Shown piece after piece: positions 20,701-29,976 of a stretch of DNA of 64,000 nucleotides. The notes under the pieces were generated by a model. That model was not told the DNA's origin and did not search any database. It saw only the letters and a program-made list of their open reading frames with translations. The position numbers and the translations under genes are program-made. This DNA comes from Sedimentisphaerales bacterium (GTDB taxonomy: Bacteria > Planctomycetota > Phycisphaerae > Sedimentisphaerales > Anaerobacaceae), in the NCBI GenBank assembly GCA_963708075.1, contig OY970194.1, positions 6,336,001 to 6,400,000 of the forward strand, read 5' to 3'. Position 1 is the first letter of the stretch. Each line of letters opens with the position of its first letter.

Positions 20701-20956
20701 TGAGGCGCCTGGGGTCGCCGGCCACGAGAATCTGGAATGCGCTCTGGGCCTTCGCGCGTCCGGTGGACTGGGTTGTCCAGCTCAGCCGGGGCTGGGCTTC
20801 GTCGATTCCGAGTGGATTGACCAGGTATTCACACCGCAGGTCTTCCGGCGTCAGCGCGCGTGCCTGCGCGACAGATCCGGGAACAAAACAGCCCAGGAAA
20901 CCCACTACGACCGCCAGGAGAATTGCACTACGCGTTCCCATGATGATGACCTCCAA
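17702..20956 (-). CDS. Alpha-L-rhamnosidase, GH78 family
   Basis: LRCEYLVNPLGID..PRLSW, PRFTFHGFQYVE, IPTDCPQRDERLGWMGD, GATSIWERWD, MNSFAHYSFGAV. Confidence 0.93.
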   Translation of the reverse strand: MEVIIMGTRSAILLAVVVGFLGCFVPGSVAQARALTPEDLRCEYLVNPLGIDEAQPRLSWTTQSTGRAKAQSAFQILVAGDPRRLTRDTGDLWDSGKVMSNGSIQIAYDGAPLISQMRCYWKVRVWDEDGQPSPWSKPAYWTMGLLSPDDWRARWIAFDASRRRPEGVQKLDLSKAKWIWYGEGNAAAGAPIGTRYFRNEFVIPQTRELLSANCAVTADNSFRMFLNGRRIRNGNNFKQLVTGDVKEHMLPGKNVVAIEARNEGDAPNPAGVLAILRLQFTDGGSATLVSDTTWRASESAGADWMNVDFDARNWRSAQVVGAYGAAPWGELNVVSGDLFLPPAQYLRKQFSLEKPIKRATIYASALGNYELHINGRQVGDAYFTPGWTDYNVRVYYNTFDVTGLLRRGFNVVGGILADGWYSGHIGWMHIRDHYGKDPRFMAQLHVEYTDGTSEIVVTDKTWTAATGPILEGDFLMGETYDARREMPGWSTADFDAGQWKPVKVVEATPAAIEAYPSVLVRQFRQIRPLSIKEPEPGAFVYDMGTNFAGFVRLKVANAKPDQKIVLRFAERLNTDGTIYTTNLRSARATDTYICKGKGAEIWQPRFTFHGFQYVEITGYPGKPDLDSILGVELTSATPVTGSFECSDTLANTLYRNICQTQRANFIDIPTDCPQRDERLGWMGDAQIYVRTATYNTDVSAFFTKWLVDVEDAQLENGAFSDVSPRKVAVGGGTAAWGDAGVICPWTIYKVYGDTRVLAEHYDAMQKWIEYCKGASQGLLRPAEGYGDWLSIQADTPKDVLATAYFARSTKLVAEIAAVLGKKDDAQKYEQLFEDIRQAFNDAYVAEDGRIKGDTQTVYVLALAFDLLPKEKRETATKYLVANIRDRNWHLSTGFVGTKDLMTTLTRFGQTNVAYHLFHNESFPSWGFSIKHGATSIWERWDGWTPEKGFQDAGMNSFAHYSFGAVAEWMFKTIGGIDTEDSAYQRIIIHPQPGGRVSWAKTAYDSIQGRIATDWRVQDGAFSLNVTIPTNTVATVYIPAKDAAAVRESLRPAAKSAGVKFREMQGNAAVFEVGSGTYKFTSRLP

Positions 20957-20962
20957 AAAGAG

Positions 20963-21044
20963 AGTGTGAAGTCTTAAGTGCGAAGTGTAAAGCCTCCAAT
21001 CCTGTAACGTTGGACTTCACACTTCAAACTTCACACTTCAAACT
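20963..21044. repeat. Inverted pair of heptamer tandem arrays (AGTGTGA-type x4 / ACTTCAC-ACTTCAA x4)
   Basis: agtgtga agtctta agtgcga agtgtaa ... acttcac acttcaa acttcac acttcaa. Confidence 0.75.
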
Positions 21045-21056
21045 CGATCAATCACT

Positions 21057-22722
21057 TCACCCTGGACCCCGATTCGGGGCCGCAGTCTTGTCCTGCTCGA
21101 CTCCATCCGGGGGCGGTTCCGTCTTCCCCGTGCCGCCGCAGATGAAGCGCATCTGGCCGACGTTGGGAATCCATCGCAAGGAGACGAGTCCATGGGCCAG
21201 GCGTATCAGAGGGTTCCTGGCGTTCTGCATGAGGAAGGCTTTTACGCCCTGGGGCCAGGGAAATTCGAAACCGCTGGGCCAATAGACGAACAGGGCTCTG
21301 CCGACCATGTAGTAGCGTGGCACGATGCCGGCCCTCGGGGGCTGCCATCCGCGGTTGGCCACGGAGGGCTGGTACCACCACCGGCCATCCTCGCTGTTGG
21401 GACTGTTGTCGCCGAGGACAAAGAACTCGTCCTCGTGGAGTGTGAATGGATTGCCTTCGATGGCCCTGGCGCTGCGGCTGGCCTGGCCGTCGCCCGTGTA
21501 GTAGATGTCCCGGAAGACCGCCACGTGCGACAGCGTCAGTTTGCCGCTGCCGAAGATCGCCGCGCGGGGCGATGGCTCCGTACCGCGCTCCATCGCATCG
21601 GGGGAACGGCCCATGTCCACCGACAATTGGCTGCCGTTGCATTCGAACAGCAACTGGTGGTCCACGACGGCGAATTTGACCGGGGCAAACGCTCCCGCCG
21701 ACGGGGCATTCACGTCCCTGCGCTCCAGGACCGTTTCCTGTCCATCGCTGACTTTGCTGAGCACTATCTCGCCGGAGAAATCCAGCCGGGCATTATAGAT
21801 GATGCCGTTCTTGCTCAGCGCGATGCCGATCTGTCCCTGTTCACTGCCCGGCTGCAGGTAAAAGCGGACCATCAGATCGCTGCATTCCGGCTTACGGTAG
21901 TACCTGCGGACGTCGTTGTATGCATAGGTAATATTGAACCCGTTGGCCGAGGGGGCCCCGTACGTCAGCACGTTGACCTTCTCGGCCGGGGAGTCCAGCA
22001 CGAACTGCGTGGGATTGGCCGGATTGACCTTCCAGTCGGACTGGCCAAAATCGAAGGGCGGCTGCCATTGGTCCCCGTTGAACGCGCCCCGCTGGTTCGG
22101 GTGCACCGGCTGATAGTCATGGTCGTAGACAGGCATCCACAGCTCCTGCTGCACCCGGCCCGGTTTGCGCGATCTGGCCGTCGATGTAGATGTCGCCGTC
22201 GATGATCTCGATCGTATCGCCCGGCAGCCCGATCAGCCGCTTGATGTAGTTCTCAGAGGGGTTGATCGGGTTCTTGAAGACCACGACATCCCACCGATTC
22301 GGCTCTTTGAACTGGTAGATGCATTTGAGCACGAGGATCCGATCCCCGTTCGCCACCGGCATCACCTTGGTGGTCGGCGTGAAATACCCGCAACTGGGAC
22401 ACCGGGTCTGCTCACCGACCTGTATCGGCCCCGGAGGGATCGTGTCCTCCGGCAGGCCGTACAGTGGATTCGTCGGAACGAATCCATACTCATACCGGTA
22501 CCCGCACTCGGGACAACGCATCCGAAAATGCGCCCCCATCAGGGTGTCGGCCATGCTTCCGGTGGGGATGCGAAAGGCCTCCATCACGAATGCCCGGAAC
22601 ACGAAGGCCAGAATGAAGGCCGTAATGAGCCACTCAAAGGCATTCGCGATCTCCGTCGCCCGATCCCTTTTCCTCTGTGCCGGTTTGGTCCCATCCGGTT
22701 TGGGAGTCTTGCTTGCAGTCAT
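21057..22722 (-). CDS. lepB: Signal peptidase I, long planctomycete-like form with CxxC pairs (apparent frameshift near 22168)
   Basis: EAFRIPTGSM (Ser), GDRILVLK, RWDVVVFK, NYIKRLIGLPGD (Lys), FVLGDNSPNSEDGR across two ORFs. Confidence 0.88.
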
Positions 22723-22860
22723 TACCGTCGATCCCGTTTACAGGCAGCCACATTGCCGGCGGTCGAATGGCGTTGAAGGATGGCTTCCTCGCCGCCTTCT
22801 ATCGCACCTGGGCTCGCCGGACGATTGCTGCTCGCCCGGCGGCGTCCCTACAAGCGTGCC

Positions 22861-22889
22861 ATTATGCCGTTGAGAACGCATCCGGTCAA
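22861..22889 (-). promoter_or_regulatory. Sigma70-type promoter TTGACC-N17-CATAAT for lepB
   Basis: Near-consensus, 17-nt spacer, divergent intergenic region. Confidence 0.55.
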
Positions 22890-22962
22890 CCTCAGTGTGT
22901 CAATCGTGACCTTGATTTTCCGCCCGCGAGGACGGGCGTAAATTTTTTTTGACCAAAAGCGC

Positions 22963-22991
22963 TTGCCGCATCGAAGTCTTTGCTGTATAGT
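22963..22991 (+). promoter_or_regulatory. Sigma70-type promoter TTGCCG-N17-TATAGT for the HU gene
   Basis: Near-consensus, 17-nt spacer. Confidence 0.5.
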
Positions 22992-23215
22992 AGTTTGCAG
23001 AAGTTTGTCCTTTCCATTCCGGTGGTCTTTGCCTGGGAGTTGCCTGTGGAAGTCGTGGGCCAAGTCGCCGGAAAGGGCGTTTGTCGGCTATGAGGGTTCA
23101 GATGGCCCTGAATTGCTGTTGGGTAGGCCGGAGAAAATGCGTGTTGGACAGCAGCGCGCCGCACAGGGCCCGGGCCCTATCTCCTAATCGCTCTTCCCTT
23201 CAAGTGAGGTAATCT

Positions 23216-23530
23216 ATGGCGACAGTTACGAAGAAAGAACTCATCGACCGAATCGCGGAACATACGCAGGCCAAGCGTGTCTCGGTCAAGCGTATCGTTC
23301 AAGCTTTTCTCGACGAGGTGATCAAGGAACTGTGTCAAGACAACCGCTTGGAGTTCAGAGACTTTGGCGTGTTTGAAACGCGGACGCGGGCCTCGCGCAC
23401 CGCACAGAACCCGAAGACGCTGGAACGCGTGGACGTGCCGACGAAGCGCACCGTCAAGTTCAAGATGGGCCGGCTGATGCGGGAGCACCTGATGGCCGCC
23501 GCGGCAGCGCAGGCAAAACGGGGGATGTAG
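23216..23530 (+). CDS. HU/IHF family DNA-binding protein
   Basis: [35 protein letters not shown]. Confidence 0.92.
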   Translation: MATVTKKELIDRIAEHTQAKRVSVKRIVQAFLDEVIKELCQDNRLEFRDFGVFETRTRASRTAQNPKTLERVDVPTKRTVKFKMGRLMREHLMAAAAAQAKRGM

Positions 23531-23631
23531 AAGCCGAGCCGGCGGCCCGTGGCGGCACTGGATGGGCATCCGGCCGTCCGCCGCGAGAGCCGATGCAAAC
23601 ATTGCTGGAAGTCTTCCAAGAGGAGTTGCTC

Positions 23632-23856
23632 ATGGTGGAAGGGAAGGTCAAGTGGTTCAACCCGCGCAAGGGGTATGGATTCATTGGGACCACCGATGGC
23701 CGGGACGTGTTTGTTCATTATTCCAGCATTGCCAGCGAGGGATTCAAGACTCTGGACGAGGGCGACTGCGTGCTGTTTGACGTGGCCGAGGGTGAAAAGG
23801 GACTGCGGGCCACAAATGTCGTGCTGAAGTCCCCCGCAGAGAAGCAAACGCCGTAA
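23632..23856 (+). CDS. Cold-shock domain protein
   Basis: [39 protein letters not shown]. Confidence 0.93.
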   Translation: MVEGKVKWFNPRKGYGFIGTTDGRDVFVHYSSIASEGFKTLDEGDCVLFDVAEGEKGLRATNVVLKSPAEKQTP

Positions 23857-23962
23857 GGCGATCGAGGGGAGTAGTGTTCGCCCGCTCATTTATGTTGGCA
23901 TCGGGCCCTTGCATCGGAGAAGCGGCCCGGGTATGATGAGTGGCGAATCGTGAGAAAAGACT

Positions 23963-24598
23963 ATGATCGGCGCCAGTTGCCAATCCGGACTTGATTGCAG
24001 CGTGCTGGTGCTTAACAAGCACTACATGGCCATCCGTATAGTCGGCGCAAGGCGGGCATTCTCGCTCCTGTGCCGGGATCTGGCCGAGGTCGTCGCCCTC
24101 GAGAAGGACAGCTACACCAACTATGATTTCCGGAGTTGGTGCGAAGTCAGCCGGTTCCGGCATGAGTTCGAGCCGGACGCCTATGACTGGGTCTCGACCG
24201 TCAACCTCTATGTGGCCGTGCCGAGAATCATCCGCCTGCTGTTTTACGATCGGCTGCCTCGCACCGAGGTCAAGTTCAACCGGCGCAACATCTACGCCCG
24301 CGACAAGAACCACTGCCAGTACTGCGGCAAGCGATTCCCCACCCCTGAGCTTTCGCTCGATCACGTCATCCCCCGCACCATGGGTGGCAAGGCCACCTGG
24401 GACAATATCGTCTGTGCCTGCTCGCAGTGCAACGCAAGAAAGGGCGGCCGGACCCCCAAGCAGGCCAACATGACCCTCATCCAAAAACCGATCAAACCCA
24501 AGCACAGCCCGCTCCTGCACATCCACCTCGGCCACCAGCGATACCACTCCTGGAAGCAGTTCCTCGACCACGCCTACTGGTCGGTCGAGCTGAAATAG
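23963..24598 (+). CDS. HNH endonuclease (McrA-like)
   Basis: RRNIYARDKNHCQYCG..LDHVIPR..GG..WDNIVCACSQCNARKG. Confidence 0.9.
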   Translation: MIGASCQSGLDCSVLVLNKHYMAIRIVGARRAFSLLCRDLAEVVALEKDSYTNYDFRSWCEVSRFRHEFEPDAYDWVSTVNLYVAVPRIIRLLFYDRLPRTEVKFNRRNIYARDKNHCQYCGKRFPTPELSLDHVIPRTMGGKATWDNIVCACSQCNARKGGRTPKQANMTLIQKPIKPKHSPLLHIHLGHQRYHSWKQFLDHAYWSVELK

Positions 24599-24649
24599 CC
24601 GTTTCGGGCAGCAGCCTCAATCTGCACGTCGGTTTCCACCGCCATAATT

Positions 24650-24675
24650 TGTCACCTTTGAGCCGCGTCTGCACT
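24650..24675 (+). promoter_or_regulatory. Candidate ECF promoter TGTCAC-N16-CACT
   Basis: About 45 nt upstream of the ECF gene start; ECF-like spacing. Confidence 0.35.
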
Positions 24676-24718
24676 CTATGATAGTAGAATCCTATTGACG
24701 ATCTCGGAGCGATCGCAG

Positions 24719-26603
24719 ATGAACAACTTGGCAGGTGAAAACGAATTGCTGCAGGCCAGCCTGGCAGGAAGCAGAGAGGCTTTCGGTGCGGTTGTTGAGC
24801 GGTACCAGTCGCTGGTTTGCGCCATTGCTTATAGCGCCACCGGCGATATCGGCAAGAGCGAGGAACTGGCCCAGGAGACCTTCCTGCGGGCATGGCGGAA
24901 CCTGGGGCAACTGGAGGATGCGACGAAGTTTCGGGCCTGGCTGTGTACCATCGCGAGAAACCTCGCCAGGACCTCGCTTCGAGGCGGCTCGAAGGATGCC
25001 ATCGACGCAGCCGGGCCTCTGGAAGACGCCGATGCCATGGCGGCTCCCATACCGGATCCCGGTCAGGCGGCAATCGACAGGGAGCTGCAGGAAATCGTCT
25101 GGGCGGCGGTCGGACGCGTGCCGCAGAAGTACCGCGAGCCGCTCGTGCTCTTCTATCGTGAGCAGCGGTCCGTCAGTCAGGTGGCCGCCGACCTCGGCTT
25201 GTCCGAGCCCATGGTCCGCCAGAGGCTCCACCGCGGCCGGCGGTTCATTCGGGCCGAGATCGCTTCGCTCGTCGAGGATACGCTCACCCGCTCCGGGCCG
25301 GGCAAGGCCTTTACCCTCGCCGTTGTCGCCGCGCTGCCTGCGATCATTACACCAACCGCCGGCGCTGCCGTCGTCGGTATCGCCGCCAAGGGGACCCCGG
25401 CCGCAAAGACGGTCCTTGCCGCCGGTTCTCAGCGGCGCGACCCTTGGCTCGATCATTGGACTGCTCGGCGGCATCCTCGGCTCGATCATTGGAGTGCTCG
25501 GGGGCATCCTGGGTACACAGGCCAGCATCAGGAGAACGAAATCCCCCCATGAGCGTCGGTTCGTGATCCGGATATCGCTGTTCGGTTGGCTGCTGGTGAG
25601 CGTGTTGATTGTCTTGCCGGTGAGCCTGTCCATTGCCGGGATTATTCCTTGGTGGGTCTACTGGTCGTGTTGGGGTACATTCTTCGTCCTCCTGCTGCCT
25701 CTGATCTCTTGGGGCAATGCGCATCAGCACCGGATCCAGATCGAGGATGGCACGTACCGCCCTCCCGAACCGCCGCCGGCATACGCTGCTCGGTTGGGCA
25801 CCCGTCAGAGCTTCGTCGGCAAAATCTTCGGCCCTCTGATCTGGGTGTTCATCCCCGCAGCGATCACGGAGGACTGGATCACGGCTTTCGTCGTCTTAGT
25901 GTTGGCCTTCCTGGTGTTATTCATCACTCGCCGGGTTTCTGCGGCTCGACCCGAGCGGCCCTTTCTCGCGCTACTGGTTGCCTTGCTGGGCGTCGGAGCC
26001 ATCAGTCTCGGCGTGGTCTGCTTGCGCTGGCGGGCTTGGCAACAGGTCGCGGCGTTCAACGAGATGGGCGGGGCGGTCCCATTCTGGCTTGTGGCCCTGC
26101 TCGTCGTTGGCTGCGTGGCTGTCATGGCGATCAGCGTCATTGTGATGGATCGCCGACGCGCGACGCCCCCGACACACCCACTCGACGCCGGCTACGCCTC
26201 CAGGTCGGGATCTTCCGAGGCGCTTGCCGGCGCTGTCTTCGGGTCGGTGGCCTGGCTGTTCATGATGTCGCTGATGGCCCGCGACTGGATCGCCGTCGTC
26301 GTGGTGCTCTATGCTGTCGTTGTCTTCTTCATCAGTGCCGCGATTTGTGCCGCTCGGCCACACCGACTTTGGCCCGTCTTTCTGACAGACGTCGCGGCCC
26401 TGTACGTGCTGCACCTGCTCGTCTTGAACCTTCGCTGGAGTCGCTGGATGGCGTCCTTCGGGCACACCGGGCATCAGGCTCTGTACCACGAGGTCTCCTT
26501 GACAGAGGTGAATGTCATTGTTACCGCTGTGGCCGTGGCCGTGGCTCTGTTCTGCGCCCTGCACTGGGCTGCCGACCGACGGCGGCACAGGGCAGAGAGA
26601 TGA
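24719..26603 (+). CDS. ECF sigma factor fused to a multi-pass transmembrane C-terminal extension (apparent frameshift near 25426)
   Basis: Sigma2 EELAQETFLRAW..FRAWLCTIARN, sigma4 YREPLVLFY..VRQRLHRGR; removing one T at 25426 joins it to the hydrophobic C-terminal part of ORF 24735..26603. Confidence 0.75.
25443..25508 (+). repeat. 33-bp in-frame tandem duplication (LGSIIGLLGGI / LGSIIGVLGGI)
   Basis: cttggctcgatcattggactgctcggcggcatc / ctcggctcgatcattggagtgctcgggggcatc. Confidence 0.85.
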
Positions 26604-26633
26604 ATCGTGTCGGTTGTCCGGATTGCGAAAAGG

Positions 26634-26981
26634 TCACCGCATTAGGTGCTCGTCGTGGGGATCGCAGGGACCCTGGCGCGAGGGGAATAAGATCGATTTG
26701 CCGCAGGTCTTGATCCAGGTCCAGTGCAGAATGAGGTGGACGAGGATCAGAGAGATGAACACGAGAGCCAGGGTGAAGTGAATGTCGCCCCAGTCGTGTC
26801 GGCCGAGACCGAGCAGCTCTTTGACCTCACCGGGGTCGCGGCCGCCGCGAAAGCCGTGACCCTGCCCGCCCCCTGAGCCCGGCGGCAGCACCCATCTCAT
26901 AATCGTCCCCGTCGCCGCTAGCGAGAGCAGATTCAGAAAGCTGATCGTATCCAGGATGAGATTCCATGTCGTGCGTTTCAT
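26634..26981 (-). CDS. DUF4405-like membrane protein with conserved His residues
   Basis: TG..LPPG..LGLGRHDWGDIH..LILVHLILHWTWI. Confidence 0.75.
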   Translation of the reverse strand: MKRTTWNLILDTISFLNLLSLAATGTIMRWVLPPGSGGGQGHGFRGGRDPGEVKELLGLGRHDWGDIHFTLALVFISLILVHLILHWTWIKTCGKSILFPSRQGPCDPHDEHLMR

Positions 26982-27079
26982 CCGTGTGCCTCGCAATTGT
27001 ATCATCTTCGTTTGCATCCTCGCAGGCTACGGCCGGTCCTTCTATCTTACGCGTTTCGGGAGATTCTTCAATTCCTGCT

Positions 27080-27104
27080 TGAACGCGTCCGCCGAAACGC
27101 CATC
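27080..27104 (+). promoter_or_regulatory. Candidate ECF promoter TGAAC-N16-CATC
   Basis: Upstream of the cassette 1 sigma; ECF-like spacing. Confidence 0.4.
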
Positions 27105-27148
27105 CTTATAGGTAGAAGACAAGATCTTGTCAGCAGTGAGGGCGTCAG

Positions 27149-27688
27149 ATGGATTTCGAGGGCCAGTTGCAGGATGTGGTCCGCCGTTGCCAGCGTGGCG
27201 AGCGGGCGGCGTTTGAGGCGATCTTCCGGCAGTTTCAGCCGAGGCTTCGATACTATCTTCGACGCCTGGACACCGGCGGCGACCATATCGATGACACGCT
27301 CCAGGATATCTGGGTCAAAGTTGTTCGCCGGATCGGCTCCCTGCGCGATTCCACGGCCTTCGTAGCCTGGCTCTACACCATTGCTCGCAATGAGGTGTAT
27401 GGCCGGGCAAAGGCCAGGGACCCGTTCGTGGGACTGACGGATGAGCATCTGGAATTGGTCGCGGATGATCATGAGCCCGTGTTCGGCGATGAAGAGGCGG
27501 CCCGCATCCATGTGGCCCTTGGGAGACTCCCGCCGGCGCATCGCGAAATCCTGACGCTGCATTTTCTCGAAGATCTCCCGCCCAAGCAGATCGCCGGGAT
27601 CCTCGGCCTCCGTGCCGGCACTGTCAGGTCCCGCATCTATTACGCCAAACAGGCTCTTCGTAAAGAACTGGAGAAAGATAATGGATAA
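27149..27688 (+). CDS. ECF sigma factor (cassette 1)
   Basis: DDTLQDIWVKV..FVAWLYTIARN; LPPAHREILTLHF..GTVRSRIYYAK. Confidence 0.92.
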   Translation: MDFEGQLQDVVRRCQRGERAAFEAIFRQFQPRLRYYLRRLDTGGDHIDDTLQDIWVKVVRRIGSLRDSTAFVAWLYTIARNEVYGRAKARDPFVGLTDEHLELVADDHEPVFGDEEAARIHVALGRLPPAHREILTLHFLEDLPPKQIAGILGLRAGTVRSRIYYAKQALRKELEKDNG

Positions 27689-29481
27689 TCGTGAAATCCT
27701 TCGAGACAAGCTGCTGCGTGCCGATGGCATCGATCCATCGGCATCGCCCGAGACCGAGATGGTCCGGTTCCGGCAGCTTCTGGACGGAACGAAATCGGTC
27801 GAATTGTCATGGAGAAAAGCCATGAAGACTCCCATAATGAAGTTTGCAGTTGCCGCTGGCGTCGTGCTGGCCGTCCTGCTCGGGATGTATTTTCTCGGCG
27901 GGACCTCCAGCACCACCTGGGCGGCCGTGCTGAATAAAGTGATGGACTTCGATACCTGTGTATCTCGCAGCCGCGACGTCGACACGACTGGCCCCCGGCC
28001 CGATGGTTTCGAATTTGCGTCCGAACACACCGCCACGATCTATTACTCGGAACAATACGGACGGTACTCCGAAGGCCACAAGAACGGTGAACTCTTCTCC
28101 CGCAGCTACACGCTGCTCCAGGACAACGAGTTTGTGTTCATCTGCTACCCGCTCAAGATCTACAAGCGGGCTCCGCTCACCGAGGAGCAGATTCGCGAGT
28201 TCCACGAAAAGAGTCCGAAACAGATCATCGCGAAGATCCTCGAACACGACTACACCGAGCTCGGGGACTCGACGATGGAAGGAAGGCGCGTGCGGGGGCT
28301 TGAGCTGCGCGATCCCAATGCGCTTTCCGACGGTCAGTCGCTAGCGCCGCTGCTCGATGATTTCAGCGCCCGGTTTTGGATCGACGTGGACACGCAGTTG
28401 CCCGTGTGGGTGGAGGTCAGCTTCGTGCCCAAGGGGTCGAAGATGCGGCACACCGGGGTCTGGGACCAGTTCCAATGGGGCGTGGCGCTGGACCCGAACC
28501 TGTTCAAACCGACGGTCCCCGCTGACTTCGAGGCCGATGCCATGGGGGACGGGCCGCGTCCTGATTCCGCCCCCAAGACACAGCCGGCGGAAGCCTTTGC
28601 CGCCAACACGCAGGCTGAGCCATACTTGCGCGACTTCGATCATCTCAAGCTCCCGGACCTGAGCAAGCTGGTGCTCCTCGGCGTGGACGTGAACATCCCC
28701 AGGGACAATGTGCGCCTCCTCTCCCACAGCCAGATCTGGGAGTTCCAGGACAAGGTCATGGCCACGTGGCCGGCCTTCGAGCAGGTCCAGGCCCAACTGC
28801 ACCGCGAGCTCCAGGAGAAACTCGGCATTGAACAGCTTGGCGTCGATGACCTTGTCACGACGGGAATCGCCCTGCGCGAGCGATTTTGGGAATTAGCCGG
28901 GTGTTTCTCCGAGAACCTCCTATCCTTACGCCTATGCTGCTCGGATCGTGACGGAAATGGCGCACGAGAAAGCCCCGGACAACCTCGCCGTGATGGACCA
29001 GTTCGTCGAGTCGATCACCACCTATGCCGTGACACGGACCTGGCATGAGGACGAGAGCCAGGCGGTGAGGAATCCCATCTACTCCGGCCTGTTGACCGAC
29101 CTTCGCCTGGCCCAGTTTGAGCAGATCAAGAGCGAAGTCGCCCGGGGACACGTCCCCACGTGGAAGGACTTCGTCCGCATGCACGATCTGGTCATACTGC
29201 TCAACGCGAGTCGCAAGGATTACAGGCAGGCGACACAGGTCGCCCAGTGGCTGATCGAGCAGGCGCCCACCGCAGGCTGGACGTACTACCTCGCCTCGCT
29301 CAAGGAAATGGAGCAGGCCTTCTCAAAAGGAGAGAGCTATAAGAGCGGCCTCTTCATGCACGGCTCGGACGTCTTCCCCGCGGAGTACCAGTACTCGCGT
29401 CGTCTCTTCTCGTTCCAAGGCCCGCGCCAGCGAGCCGAAACGCTCTGGCCGGTACACCTGCGCCACCTCAAAGGCTGGTAG
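27681..29481 (+). CDS. Anti-sigma-like protein, cassette 1: short cytoplasmic N-terminus, TM/signal, LolA-like domain, unknown C-terminal domain (apparent frameshift near 28914)
   Basis: Overlaps the sigma stop; ORFs 27612..29048 and 28948..29481 together align with the intact paralogs at 34581 and 37446. Confidence 0.8.
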
Positions 29482-29511
29482 CCACCGACGTCGTCTCCTA
29501 TCACAACCGAA

Positions 29512-29541
29512 AAAGGGCCGGACCCACACGTCCGGCCCTTT
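29512..29541. terminator. Intrinsic terminator-like hairpin
   Basis: AAAGGGCCGGAC-ccacac-GTCCGGCCCTTT. Confidence 0.7.
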
Positions 29542-29976
29542 GCCTGTTCCACCTCACATCGATGCGCGAAACCGGCAGTTCGAGGACCTCCGGCCGCAAC
29601 CGGCGGCACGTAAACCCGTGACACGTATGGATTTACAGTTGGCAATCTGCCTCCGAACCGAACCTGGTATCATTGGAGATTTATACACGAAATTACGTAT
29701 TTCTACGGATTGACAAAATCAGTCGAACGTGGGAGTCTGGTCCATGTAGCCAGGCAAGTGTTCGCCTCATTCGAGGTTGGTTCAGGCAGGCAGTGACACG
29801 ATTACGATCCAGATCCAGTGCACTGCGCCGGGTGGATTCCGGCGCGCAGCATGGCTCGCCTGCTCGGGAACACTTAACGGGAAAGGAGGTGACAGCGCGA
29901 TCCGATATTCACGAGACGTCGTTCCACGAACGGATTCGAATCAGGGATGTCGAAACGAGAAGGGAGTCGGTGAATT

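Noticed and set aside
23963..24598. HNH protein as an IscB/Cas9-like or homing nuclease
   Set aside because: No RuvC motifs, PLMP start, intron context or element ends; it looks like a stand-alone McrA-like HNH.
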